From contig OY969801.1 of NCBI GenBank assembly GCA_963703225.1, forward strand, positions 1,920,001-1,984,000: 64,000 bases of DNA, in the 5' to 3' direction. Of the stretch, positions 17,822 through 27,595 are shown one piece after another. Source of the stretch: Candidatus Eiseniibacteriota bacterium. GTDB lineage: Bacteria; Eisenbacteria; RBG-16-71-46; SZUA-252. The notes beneath the pieces are model-generated. The model searched no databases, had not been told where the DNA came from, and saw nothing but the letters and a program-made list of their open reading frames with translations. Every line of letters begins with the position of its first letter. Positions within the stretch are counted from its first letter, which is position 1. Made by a program: the position numbers and the translations under genes.

Positions 17822-17834
17822 GGGGCGCCGCCCG

Positions 17835-18314
17835 CTACTTAGCAGGCGGGGGCGCGGCCACCGTCATGCCATGGCGCCGGAAGACGTCCATCATCTTCGC
17901 CCGGTCGGGCGGGCCGCCGCCAGCGGCGCCGATCACTTCGGCCGCTTCGCGGAAGTACGCGGGACCCATGATCGCAGGGGTTATGACGGCGAGCTGTTTC
18001 ACGTCCTCGCTGCCGAGGTTGTCGAAACGGTGAGCCGCTCCTCGTGGGATGCACAGCGTTTGCCCGGGACCAACCTCGATGGGCGTGCCGTCAACCGTCC
18101 AGGTGAGGATGCCCTCGATACCGTAGAGGATCTCCTCGTAGGCATCGTTCTTGTGGGCCGGCGCCGCCAGCTTCTGTCCGGCGGGGACGAGGACCTCGAA
18201 CACCGACACGCTGCCGTTGGAATCGTCGCCCGTGAGGAGGAACCGGATCCCTAGCGGACCGATCTTGATGGTTTCTTCCGAAGGATTGACCCTGGTCGTA
18301 CCCTGCTGCACCAT
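17835..18314 (-). CDS. Cupin domain protein
   Basis: PAHKNDAYEE..GILTWTVDG..IPRGAAHRFDN cupin motifs. Confidence 0.85.
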   Translation of the reverse strand: MVQQGTTRVNPSEETIKIGPLGIRFLLTGDDSNGSVSVFEVLVPAGQKLAAPAHKNDAYEEILYGIEGILTWTVDGTPIEVGPGQTLCIPRGAAHRFDNLGSEDVKQLAVITPAIMGPAYFREAAEVIGAAGGGPPDRAKMMDVFRRHGMTVAAPPPAK

Positions 18315-18394
18315 CGCACCCCCTCTCCATGCTAGAGGACCAGCTCTTTTCTGAGAAAGGTCACCGTCCGCTCCCACGCGTCTCCTGGGGTTGT

Positions 18395-18568
18395 CTACTT
18401 GCGAAGGAACGCGCCCATGTAATACGGCCAAATGATCAACGCGAGGGCACCTTTCCAGAATGCGAGCCGGAGAAATCCTATCGTGAACAGCCAACCGATA
18501 ATCCACACGGATCCTGAGATCGTGCTGTGGCCAACCGACCTGCAGGTCACCTTTACCTCGTCCGGCAT
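18395..18568 (-). CDS. Small two-TM membrane protein
   Basis: WIIGWLFTIGFL..FWKGALALIIWPYYMG; GGAGG upstream. Confidence 0.7.
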   Translation of the reverse strand: MPDEVKVTCRSVGHSTISGSVWIIGWLFTIGFLRLAFWKGALALIIWPYYMGAFLRK

Positions 18569-18879
18569 GTTCCCCACCTCCTGTCTAGGGTAATCCGCCA
18601 GCTTCGGAGATGCTCCGCGCGCGAGCCGCGCTCGCGAAATGACGCGATGTCCGCCTCAGAGCCGACCGCGCACACCGTCGCCCGCGTTTGCGAGAAACCA
18701 ACGCGCTTGAACGTCCAGGAGCCATCCGCGCTCTCCCCGGTCGCGAACGAGCCGAATCCGCTCCTAAATTGCAGCGTCGCGACGGCCTCGTCGCCCGCTT
18801 TCAGCTCAAACCACTTCTTGAATGTGCTGGGCTGCGTCCACTTCAGCGGCAGATCCGAAACGTTGGATATTGTTCGCAC
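18553..18879 (-). pseudogene. Hypothetical protein, probably 3'-truncated
   Basis: Protein-like LKWTQPS..FELKAGDE..WTFKRVGF then abrupt low-quality tail running into the next gene. Confidence 0.45.
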
Positions 18880-18978
18880 GCGCAATCGGTTCCCCCAAAC
18901 GCCGTGCAGCCGCCCCGACACCCGGGACGGCCGCCGCTTCGGGCCTTTTTGCCCTGCATTACTGCGAGAAGTTGACGC

Positions 18979-21237
18979 CTATCGGTGCCGCCCTCCACCG
19001 CCCCCGCCACGATAGCCGCCTTGCCCGCCACGATACCCGCCCCCACCACCGTAGCTCCGGCCGTAACTCCGGCCCCCCTGCGTCCCTCGATACCGGGAGA
19101 CATCACCTCGCGGCTGTGACTGGTACCCGCGGGACTCCCCTCCCCGGTAGCTGGACCGCGAGCGGTCATACGTCCGGTACCCTGGACTTCCGTTCGAGCG
19201 CGACCAGGCACCGCGATCTCGATATCGGGAATTCCCCTGTTGATAGGACCTGTTGTAACGATATCCGTTCGGAGCCGCGTAACGACTCCCGTTAGGAGCT
19301 ACGGAGCGGCTTCTGCTCGGAGACGCGTAACGACTCCCGCTCCGGGACGCGACCTGCTTTCCGCTCGCGCCGTCGTATGTGGTGCTCTTGCGATACCGTG
19401 TCGCCTCCCGATCGTAGATGCTGGCGGGGTGCCCGGCTGTCGTCCTCGTGCGGGTGTTTCCGTAGTTCGCGTAGTACGGGTTGTGCGAGGTGGAACGATA
19501 GACGGGATAGTACCCTCCTGGCCCATACCATCCACCGCAGTAGCCGTAGCCGCCGTAGTAGCCGTATCCACCGTAGTATCCGCCCCCGTAGTAGGGCCAG
19601 CCGTAGTATCCGCCACCCCAGGTCAGGCCGCAGTTCGCAAACCCGGTGCCGAAACCAAAGCTGAACCCCCAACCCGCGTAGGGCGCGTACGTCACGCCAA
19701 GACCCCACGTCCAGGGGTACGCGTAGTACGCCGGCCCGTACCATGGGTTGTAGCAGTATCCGGTCCCGTAGTAGACGGAACCCCCATAGGGATAGCAGCC
19801 CAAGTAGCCGGGCGTGTAGCCAACGTAGACCGACGTGGGAGTGGAGTCGTAAACGTAGACATACTTCGCGTTGTAGTTGGGATTGTCGGGAGGAATTGCC
19901 TCCAAACCTTCCGGTCGCTTGTCGCAAACAGCCCAGGGACCGTCGGGGCCGTCCGAGACGTACCAGACCGCCTTGTCGCAGGCGTAGTACTTCCCGTCAA
20001 CCTTGAACACGGACGTCGAAGTATTGATCGCGTATTCGATGTCCGTTCCCTTGATCTTCCGGAACTCGGGATCTTCGTCGTACCAGACCTCGAAGTCGCT
20101 GTTCCCCCGCGGCACCGCCGCGACCTGCGGCACCTGTGCCGCGAGAACGGCTTCCTCGGCCTGCGGCGTGCCCGGGATGCTCGCGAGGACGCCCGCGAAC
20201 TTCGATCCGCTTGGAATGCCAGCGAAGCTCGCCGGCAACTTGTCGGACGGGACGTAGCTCCATGGTCCGCTGGTCTTCGCGCTCGCGAACCATCGGCCGG
20301 ACAAGAGCACGTAGTAGTTCTGGGACGCGATGTCCTTGAAGACGTCCTTGTCGGAGTTCGTGACGTAGAGGAGATCCGCCTTGGCAACGGGCATGAATTC
20401 GGGCTCGCCCTGGAAGACGATGAGCTCGGTCGGCTGCGTTGCCACGACTACTTTGGGCGGAGGGCCCGCTGGGGCCGATTGGGACAGCGCCGAAGCGCTC
20501 GTTTCCAAGGGTTTCATTGCGAGTACGTTCGAGGGCGGATCCGCGATCACGGTCCAGGGACCCATCGGATCCTTGGCCTCGTACCAATACCGGTCGCTCC
20601 CCAAGTAGTAGTTCTTCCGCGCGGGGTCATAAACGACGAAATAGGGAGTGTTCACGATCCGTGTCAGATCCGAATCGTCGATCGGCCGGAGCTGCGGTTC
20701 ACCGTCGAACTGGATGAGCACGGCAGGCTCCGTCGAAACGACGATGGCCGGTGGATTGCTGTTGATCTTCGCGCTCGCGGCCTGCTCTGCCTTTGTAGCC
20801 TGAAGCGCGTCGTTCATCCAATCCATCGACCAGGAGAGGCCAGATGCGGGCAACTCCTTCTCCACGATGGTCGCGAAGCTCTTTTCCATTTCGGCCGAGC
20901 GGTCAGGAAATTTGGCGGTAGTCACGGTGATGGAGACGAGCTTTGCCGTGCGGGCGGCCGCGTCGATCGTCACGGTCGCGGTGAACCAGAACACGCCAAA
21001 GATCGGATCCGATTCGGCGGCCGGCCGAACCGAACAGGCAGCGTTGCCGCTCAGTCGATCCCCCTCGAGCGTCTCCAACTTCGGTTCGTAGATCGATAGC
21101 GTGCTGCCCTTGGAAGTCTTGATTTCGTGCGGCCAAGCGGGGTCGCTGCGGGCAGCTGATGCGGCGGTCAGAATCGAAATCGATGCGAGGAGAGCCGCGA
21201 ATGGGATGCGGCCGCGTACCTTGGCGTCGGGACCCAT
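18979..21237 (-). CDS. Large secreted conserved protein (often labelled carbohydrate-binding family V/XII-like) with Gly/Tyr/Arg-rich tail
   Basis: Signal peptide, WPHEI..IYEP, YYVLLSGRWF, VGYTPGYLG, low-complexity GYYGG/RGG C-terminus. Confidence 0.75.
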   Translation of the reverse strand: MGPDAKVRGRIPFAALLASISILTAASAARSDPAWPHEIKTSKGSTLSIYEPKLETLEGDRLSGNAACSVRPAAESDPIFGVFWFTATVTIDAAARTAKLVSITVTTAKFPDRSAEMEKSFATIVEKELPASGLSWSMDWMNDALQATKAEQAASAKINSNPPAIVVSTEPAVLIQFDGEPQLRPIDDSDLTRIVNTPYFVVYDPARKNYYLGSDRYWYEAKDPMGPWTVIADPPSNVLAMKPLETSASALSQSAPAGPPPKVVVATQPTELIVFQGEPEFMPVAKADLLYVTNSDKDVFKDIASQNYYVLLSGRWFASAKTSGPWSYVPSDKLPASFAGIPSGSKFAGVLASIPGTPQAEEAVLAAQVPQVAAVPRGNSDFEVWYDEDPEFRKIKGTDIEYAINTSTSVFKVDGKYYACDKAVWYVSDGPDGPWAVCDKRPEGLEAIPPDNPNYNAKYVYVYDSTPTSVYVGYTPGYLGCYPYGGSVYYGTGYCYNPWYGPAYYAYPWTWGLGVTYAPYAGWGFSFGFGTGFANCGLTWGGGYYGWPYYGGGYYGGYGYYGGYGYCGGWYGPGGYYPVYRSTSHNPYYANYGNTRTRTTAGHPASIYDREATRYRKSTTYDGASGKQVASRSGSRYASPSRSRSVAPNGSRYAAPNGYRYNRSYQQGNSRYRDRGAWSRSNGSPGYRTYDRSRSSYRGGESRGYQSQPRGDVSRYRGTQGGRSYGRSYGGGGGYRGGQGGYRGGGGGGRHR

Positions 21238-21408
21238 GACCCTCTCACTTCCTGCCGCCCAAGAGTTCCCATGATTGGTGAGCTGTGGCGGCGAGGTTTC
21301 TCTACTACGAGGGTAGTCCGATGCCGTGGAGTGTCAAGCGGTTCCGGCGGGGGGCGCGCCGAGGAGGAACTCCCCCTAAGTCCCGTGATCCCATTGCCGC
21401 GTTGATCC

Positions 21409-22371
21409 CTAACGAGTGGCGTCGAGCGGGATCGAGAACTCCTGGACCGCTTCCCCGCCCTTGGGGTCGGACACTTTGATGGTCACTGGGCGCTCTCCGT
21501 GGCGCTCGGCTTGGGAGGGCAGGGGCCAGACGACCATGCCGCTCTGGTCCAGCGTCATGCCCTCCGGCGCGCTCACCAGGTCGTAGTGAAGCGGGTCGCC
21601 GTCGAGATCAACGGCGACGACCTGATATCGAAATGCGTCATCCGTGGTCCTTGGTGCATGCGGCTGCGACGTGACTTGAGGGGGCCGGTTCTCCAGCGAC
21701 AGCGGCTCCGAGCGGAACGGGGGTGAGCTGGATTGTCCGTCGCTCGCGACGATCTCGACCGCGACGCGATCACCCCGTGCCAGCTGGGTTGCTGCCAGGT
21801 TCGGGCCGTTCGCGTCTTCCAGCGGAGTGCCGTTTCGGAACCATCGATAGTTGTAGGACATGTCGTCCCCGTCAGGGTCCGCCGACTGGACGACTGGCTG
21901 GATGATCGGGCTACCGGAAGGGGCCAGCACTTGAAGCGTGACGCCGGATACCTTGGGCGGGGAGTTCACGACATTGACCGACGCCGCCCATTCCTTCGAG
22001 GCCGCGCCCGTCGAGTCTTCCAGGGACACCGCGACGGAAATCCGCTGACCCCTGGAAAACTGCGTCGGCTCGAGCGAGCTGCCCTGCGCCCCCTGGATGA
22101 CAAGGTCGTTTCGGCGCCACACGTACCGGCACTTTGCGGCATCAATCCATGGATCGTCGAAGACGACGTCGATGCGGGACGACGCGAAAGCCGGGTTTGG
22201 GATCAAGCGCACGCCGGTCGCGGCCGCAGATCCGCCATGGGCCTTGCCGTCACGGCTCGGCGAGCCGGAGCAGCCGGCGACCGTGGACGCTCCGATGAGC
22301 AGGCCCACCCAGGTCCGCATCAGGGCCGATCGCATCCTCGTGACCCCCCAGTCCCGCACGGCTTTCGTCAC
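21409..22371 (-). CDS. Lipoprotein with Ig/cadherin-like (putative Ig) domains
   Basis: VAGC lipobox; NSPP, DPDGDD, NRPPQVTS, DLDGDPLHY..PEGMTLD, VSDPKGG. Confidence 0.78.
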   Translation of the reverse strand: MTKAVRDWGVTRMRSALMRTWVGLLIGASTVAGCSGSPSRDGKAHGGSAAATGVRLIPNPAFASSRIDVVFDDPWIDAAKCRYVWRRNDLVIQGAQGSSLEPTQFSRGQRISVAVSLEDSTGAASKEWAASVNVVNSPPKVSGVTLQVLAPSGSPIIQPVVQSADPDGDDMSYNYRWFRNGTPLEDANGPNLAATQLARGDRVAVEIVASDGQSSSPPFRSEPLSLENRPPQVTSQPHAPRTTDDAFRYQVVAVDLDGDPLHYDLVSAPEGMTLDQSGMVVWPLPSQAERHGERPVTIKVSDPKGGEAVQEFSIPLDATR

Positions 22372-22769
22372 ATCGGCGGCGCCGAGTCGCTCACGACGCC
22401 CACGACGGGTTTCGAATCGTCGGTCTCTACGCTCTCAGCGCTCGGCCGAACGACAATTGTCCGAATCAGGTAATTCTTACCATGCCGCTCTCCGGCCACG
22501 TAGATCGAGCGGCCGACAACCATCATGCCGAGCGGAACGGCTCCCTCCCCGATCACGTAGACCGCCGCGTCATCGGCCACAGGATATGTGACGAGATTGA
22601 TCATGAGGGACCCGCTGAGGTAGCCGGTGTATTCGGTCGAGAGGGAGAATGTATCGGTGTGGTGAGGGCCGCGCATCCAACTTCTGAGACCAGCGCCGCT
22701 GGCACCTGCCGGCGACAGCAGAAGCAAGGCGACCGCAGCAACCAGCAACAATCCAGTTCTGCTCTTCAT
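22368..22769 (-). CDS. Secreted hypothetical protein in the pilus operon
   Basis: Signal peptide; AAAGGAG RBS; stop overlaps next start. Confidence 0.7.
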   Translation of the reverse strand: MKSRTGLLLVAAVALLLLSPAGASGAGLRSWMRGPHHTDTFSLSTEYTGYLSGSLMINLVTYPVADDAAVYVIGEGAVPLGMMVVGRSIYVAGERHGKNYLIRTIVVRPSAESVETDDSKPVVGVVSDSAPPM

Positions 22770-22780
22770 AAACGCTCCTT

Positions 22781-25486
22781 TCAGTTCCACTTTTGCCGCC
22801 ACGCACGCACGGTGAGCTTCTTCACCGTGGCGTCGATATCCTGCGAGACCATGGACGTGTTGGAGTTCTGCATGATGATGTCCTCGTTCACGATGTCGAT
22901 CGCCGGGTTTGACAGGATCCCGTCGCCCATCGCTTGCGTTCGGCCTGCCGTCGTGTTGTTCTCAGATCCATCGTGCAGATCGGGAGCCGATCCATCTCCA
23001 AAGTCGAGGCTGTAGAGCCACGATTCTCCGCCAGATTCGCAGGCGCCGCTCTTGGGCCGGAACGACGGGAAGTAGAGTGCCCCCGCCGCGAGCGCCGCAG
23101 AGCGCGTGACGCGCTCTCCGGAACTCTGGACGAGGTCGACGTACCAGCCACGGTCGGTGCTGGTCAGCGCCGTGACGCTGCTCGTCTGGTTGACCAGGCT
23201 CGCTCGCGTGAGCGCCGGGCCCGAGTAGGTGTCGACGAGCCCGTAGATGGTCTGGGACGAGGTCGTAAAGAGGTCCGCCTTGGTCAGGTACCTGCCGGTG
23301 CCAAAGTAGACCAATACCCGCCCCTGTGCGTCCATGCTGAGCACCGGCCGGGCCTGGATGGGCTGGGTGTTGCTGAAGAGCTGGGACACGGTCCAAGGAT
23401 CGGTCGTCAGGTCGACGCGCCAGACCCGACCCGCGAGGTCGCCCACATAGAGCAGGTCGTCGAAACCGTCGAAATTCTTGTCGAGCGCGGTGGGGGTCGT
23501 TCCCATGTTGACCGTCGCGGCCGAGCCGAGCGCGAATGTCGAGAGCACCGAGCCGTTGGCTGGATCGAGCACCAGGAGCGACGCCTGTCCGGTCAGTGAG
23601 TCGAGACCGGTGCTCGCGCAGAGGACGAACCCGTTGCGCTTCTTGTCGCGGACGAGCGCCGGCCGATTCCAGGACCCTTTGAGCTGCGGCAGATCCACGT
23701 CCCAGAGTACCTTCATCCCGGCGGCCGACGGGTCGGTCACATCGAGCGCGAATAGTCCGCTGCCTCCCCGTTCCTGTCCGCCGATCAGCACCGTCTTCCA
23801 ATTTCCGCCGATGTTGATGTCGTAGACCGCTGACGTCATGTTGACGAAGTACTCGTGGCAGTACGAAGGGCTCATCAAGTCTTGGAGCTTGCCCAACTGG
23901 TTCTTCGGGACGTAGGCCCACGCCTCGCTCCCGTCGGAAGTATTGAAACAGTGGAGCATGCCGTCGTTGGCGCCCATGTAAAGCACTTCCGTCCGGCCCG
24001 CGTTGGCCGACCGGAAGGAGGGATACGACAGATAGTCGTAGAATGCCGCCGGCTTTCCTACCGCGATGGGTGAGGAATCGACGATATCGCCGAGTTTCCA
24101 ATCGTCTCGGTCGCGGTAGCCCGCGAGGTCGGTGCCCTGCGCGTACTGGATAATCGGAGTAGCCGCGGCGGCATCGGCCGCGCCCAGGAGCGGCGCGAGC
24201 GTGGCCGCGTTCGCGGTCGTGAACGCCAACTTATTCGTCCCGGTCGACGAGGTGTAGATATTCCGGGAACCCGGGCTCCTCGATGCCAGGAGGGACCCTG
24301 CCTCCCAGACCGGCGAGTCGCCCGCGGTGTACGGCAGGTCGAACGCCTCCACGAAGCCCCGCCACGAGACCGACTCGAACCGCGCGCGATAGAGTCGATT
24401 ATTTACTTGGTCTTCGGCGGACACAACCGAGACCGCCGTGCCGGCGGCCACCTTCTTGTCGATGTCGGCGAGCGCCTGTCCCAGGGCGGCAACCAGCTGC
24501 GCGGTATTCTTGACGCTGAACAGGGTTCCGCCCCCCTCGTCGGCTGTGCTCTGCAAGATTGGCGCCGTGATGTTGCATCCCACGACGTAGGTCGTCACGT
24601 TCTGATTGCCGGTCAGGTCGGGGCGCATGTCGTTCTTGTACATGTAGTACGCGACGTCGTCCACGTAGCCCGAACACTCGTAGCTCTCAGGGTATGGCGC
24701 GCCAAGGCTGGCGCAGGTGCCCGGATCCTTGCCGTCGCCGTCGTAATCTTGCAAATAGGCCGGCACGTTTCGGTCCTGCGTCGGATGGCCGTCCGTGATC
24801 AGGATGATGAACGCCTTTTCGCACGACTTCTGGAACGGCGCGCCGGCGCCCGTGCTCTGGAAGTAGGTCATGGCATCCACCATGGTCTCGGCGAGCGGCG
24901 TGTAGTTCTCGGCCAGGATCGCGTTGACCTTAGACTGAAGGGTGGCCACGCTGGTCCCAATCGGGGCCAGAAGCGTTCCCCCGTCATCCTTGTTGAATTT
25001 CATGAGACCGTACGAGGTGTTGGCCCCGGTGGCGAAGACGCTGCTCACAACCTGCTTCGCCATCTGAAGACGTGTAATCCTCGGAATCGCGGCGATCTGG
25101 GCCGCGGTCGCGTTGTAGTAGATCCAGTTCATGTAGTTGCCGGGGTACCAGCCATCGGCGCCCTGGTCGCTGTCGACGAGATAGGCTGTCGGACTAGTCG
25201 CCCAGTTGTTATTGAAGCTCTTCGGCGTGTAGTTGCCGTCGCTTGAGACATAGTACTCATCAGTCGGGTTGAATTTGCCGCTGTACGTCACTTGGTCGTC
25301 GTAATCGTCGTGGTACATCGGCTCGTTCATGCTTCCCGAGCTGTCGAGAATGATCAGCACCTTGGCCTCGCCGACGGTTCGGACGATCGAGAGCGGAACG
25401 TCACAGGCGGCGTGCGCGTTCACCGGCACGAACGCGACCAGCAGGGCCGCGAGGGCCAATCCCAAAATGCGCGGGTTCAGCTGCAT
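22781..25486 (-). CDS. pilY1: Type IV pilus tip adhesin PilY1/PilC with vWA domain
   Basis: ILDSSGSM MIDAS, TPLAE, ITDG; LGDIVDSSP, GANDGMLHCF, YVGDLAGRVWR, FGTGRYL, GWYVDL. Confidence 0.9.
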   Translation of the reverse strand: MQLNPRILGLALAALLVAFVPVNAHAACDVPLSIVRTVGEAKVLIILDSSGSMNEPMYHDDYDDQVTYSGKFNPTDEYYVSSDGNYTPKSFNNNWATSPTAYLVDSDQGADGWYPGNYMNWIYYNATAAQIAAIPRITRLQMAKQVVSSVFATGANTSYGLMKFNKDDGGTLLAPIGTSVATLQSKVNAILAENYTPLAETMVDAMTYFQSTGAGAPFQKSCEKAFIILITDGHPTQDRNVPAYLQDYDGDGKDPGTCASLGAPYPESYECSGYVDDVAYYMYKNDMRPDLTGNQNVTTYVVGCNITAPILQSTADEGGGTLFSVKNTAQLVAALGQALADIDKKVAAGTAVSVVSAEDQVNNRLYRARFESVSWRGFVEAFDLPYTAGDSPVWEAGSLLASRSPGSRNIYTSSTGTNKLAFTTANAATLAPLLGAADAAAATPIIQYAQGTDLAGYRDRDDWKLGDIVDSSPIAVGKPAAFYDYLSYPSFRSANAGRTEVLYMGANDGMLHCFNTSDGSEAWAYVPKNQLGKLQDLMSPSYCHEYFVNMTSAVYDINIGGNWKTVLIGGQERGGSGLFALDVTDPSAAGMKVLWDVDLPQLKGSWNRPALVRDKKRNGFVLCASTGLDSLTGQASLLVLDPANGSVLSTFALGSAATVNMGTTPTALDKNFDGFDDLLYVGDLAGRVWRVDLTTDPWTVSQLFSNTQPIQARPVLSMDAQGRVLVYFGTGRYLTKADLFTTSSQTIYGLVDTYSGPALTRASLVNQTSSVTALTSTDRGWYVDLVQSSGERVTRSAALAAGALYFPSFRPKSGACESGGESWLYSLDFGDGSAPDLHDGSENNTTAGRTQAMGDGILSNPAIDIVNEDIIMQNSNTSMVSQDIDATVKKLTVRAWRQKWN

Positions 25487-25487
25487 G

Positions 25488-25937
25488 TCAATAACCCTCC
25501 TTATAGAGCCGCAAGGCACTCACCTCGACGGCCGACTCTGACTGCTGGACGCTTGCTCCATTGGCATCGATGCGATATTCGAAATCTTTGTAGTACTCCG
25601 CGTCCCAGCCTGGACGAAAGTGCTTCCCCACGTACTGCACGTCGAACTTGTAGCTGTGCGTCGGATTTAGGGGAATGTACCCACCGGAAAGGAAGACGTT
25701 CTTCTGCGCGTCCAGGAGCCCCGGAGGGCTAGGCTGCGTCCGGATCCAGTTGATCCCTGCCTCTCCCGCCGCGTCGGCCGAGTAGAACGCGCGACTGCCG
25801 GTGTAGGTCGCCGACTGAGACTTCTTCTCCGAGATGGCGATCGACACGATCACGCCGGCGATCGCGGCCAGCACCACCAAGACGCCGATCGCCAGGATCA
25901 GTGCCGATCCGCGCTCGTCCGCCAATGTATGTTTCAT
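25488..25937 (-). CDS. pilX: PilX-like minor pilin
   Basis: ERG|SALILAI prepilin lacking E5; AFYSADAAGEAG. Confidence 0.8.
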   Translation of the reverse strand: MKHTLADERGSALILAIGVLVVLAAIAGVIVSIAISEKKSQSATYTGSRAFYSADAAGEAGINWIRTQPSPPGLLDAQKNVFLSGGYIPLNPTHSYKFDVQYVGKHFRPGWDAEYYKDFEYRIDANGASVQQSESAVEVSALRLYKEGY

Positions 25938-25972
25938 GGCCCGATTCCTCCGCGTTTCGTCGATGTGAATCA

Positions 25973-26566
25973 TCATTGCATGTTCCGTAGGGCGATCCGC
26001 GTATTGAGCGTGACCGCCACCGAGTCCTGGTCTTGTGCCGTGATCGTGAGCCCCACCGCCCGCACCCGTGACGCGTCGGCCGCGCTGAGCGGCAGCGCGC
26101 CCAACACCGCGTTGGCGCCGTCGAAATACGTCAGCGTCATCGATTTCACATTCGGCACGAGAATCTGGGCGCCGGCGCCCGGGTTCCGCATGATCGCCCG
26201 ATTGACCGAGCTGTAGCTGTAGGTGACGTCTTCCGACGGCTCCGCCGTCTGAATGGCCCTATCGGCATTGAGATCGGCCCGAATGCGAATCAGGTTCTGC
26301 TGCGCGGTCACGATCCCCACGACGCCGATTTGAGGATCCCCGGGATCCGCACCCGCCTGACGTAATTCGGTCTCCATCAGCGACATGCCATCCCGTGCGG
26401 TCATCTGAATCGCGGCGAGACGCGTCGTTTTCCCATGGAGGTGTGTCGTCGTAAGCGCGATCCCCATCAGGGTCATGAGCACAAGCCCAAGAATGGCCAT
26501 CACGATCATGAGCTCCATCAGCGTCATGCCCGAACTCGTGCTCTTGTATTGCGAATGGTCTGGCAT
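25973..26566 (-). CDS. pilW: PilW-like minor pilin
   Basis: G|MTLMELMIV; ELRQAG; RIALRN C-terminus. Confidence 0.82.
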   Translation of the reverse strand: MPDHSQYKSTSSGMTLMELMIVMAILGLVLMTLMGIALTTTHLHGKTTRLAAIQMTARDGMSLMETELRQAGADPGDPQIGVVGIVTAQQNLIRIRADLNADRAIQTAEPSEDVTYSYSSVNRAIMRNPGAGAQILVPNVKSMTLTYFDGANAVLGALPLSAADASRVRAVGLTITAQDQDSVAVTLNTRIALRNMQ

Positions 26567-26574
26567 CAAAGGTT

Positions 26575-26949
26575 TCACCGCTCTGATAAGAGGTTGTCGA
26601 GTTGGAGTGAGCGAGGTGTGCCCTGCTCGTTCCATGCCACGGTCACCTCGACGCGTAGAAGGCCCGGCGACACCGTGGTCACGTTGGTTTTCCAATTGAA
26701 GACGCTGGACTGGCCTGAGTCGGTCTTCGCCGCCGTGAACCCCGCGGCCCGGGCCACTTCCATCTGACCCTGCGCAATGCTGAGCGCGCGGGTGTTCAGT
26801 CCTGTCCCCACCACGTCTCGTGTCGAGCGGGTTTGAACCGCCGCGATCGGCAGGATCCCGATCGCGATCAGGAGCACGGCGACCATGAGCTCGACGAGCG
26901 TGAACCCGGCCTCGCTGGGGCCCATGCGCCCTAAGCGTTCCCTAGTCAT
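26575..26949 (-). CDS. pilV: PilV-like minor pilin
   Basis: AG|FTLVELMVAVLLIAIG; VEVTVAW. Confidence 0.82.
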   Translation of the reverse strand: MTRERLGRMGPSEAGFTLVELMVAVLLIAIGILPIAAVQTRSTRDVVGTGLNTRALSIAQGQMEVARAAGFTAAKTDSGQSSVFNWKTNVTTVSPGLLRVEVTVAWNEQGTPRSLQLDNLLSER

Positions 26950-27385
26950 GCGTCACGCTCCCGTTGACCGCCACCTGGACCTTGGTCGAATCGCTCCAGC
27001 CCTTGACGGTTACGGCGATGGGGACCGAGAGGCCCCAGGGGAAGAACGTGGCCGTATCCGTGGCCGTGCAGGCGATTCCGGGCGGCATGGCGCGGCTGCT
27101 GATGGTTACGTGTGGGGTCACCTGGTAAATGGTGTAAGCGCCTGGGACGAAAGAGATCTCGTACGCCTTCCGGCGCATGGTGGCGAGCGAGCGGGCGTAG
27201 TACATGTCGGAGATGAGCGTATTGGTCGCACCCGCGAGTTGATTGGAGTGGACGAAGCGGGTTGTGGCCGGAACCCCAATGGCAAGGAGAAGGCCAATGA
27301 TGCAGAGCACGACCATCATTTCGGTCAGGGCAAACCCCGAGGCGCTCCGCCGCCGCAAGTCCATCTGTGTATGTGGGTTCATCAT
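26942..27385 (-). CDS. FimT/FimU (GspH-like) minor pilin
   Basis: SG|FALTEMMVV; LISDMYYARSLA. Confidence 0.8.
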   Translation of the reverse strand: MMNPHTQMDLRRRSASGFALTEMMVVLCIIGLLLAIGVPATTRFVHSNQLAGATNTLISDMYYARSLATMRRKAYEISFVPGAYTIYQVTPHVTISSRAMPPGIACTATDTATFFPWGLSVPIAVTVKGWSDSTKVQVAVNGSVTHD

Positions 27386-27398
27386 CCCCTCCCGGAAA

Positions 27399-27414
27399 AG
27401 CAAGGGTCATGCCG
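27399..27414 (-). promoter_or_regulatory. sigma54 (-24/-12) promoter of the minor pilin operon
   Basis: CGGCATGACCCTTGCT (GG-N10-GC) immediately upstream of the first pilin. Confidence 0.65.
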
Positions 27415-27595
27415 CGGCCGGTCCGCATTTCGCGACTGCGGTTATGTCAGCTACGCCCTTGGGCCATGCGAGGTAGGCACTGCCAGGAATGCGGATGACA
27501 GGTAAGCAACGCAGATCGCACGGCGCCGGCATTTCGCGGCCCGAGGAATTCCAACAGCAAGAGGCCGGATCCGACCACCGCCCGCCCCCGCGCGA

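Noticed and set aside
19240..21099. Long antisense ORFs (also 44266-46077, 5611-7044, 33820-35196)
   Set aside because: Shadow ORFs expected opposite real genes at high GC; no recognisable motifs
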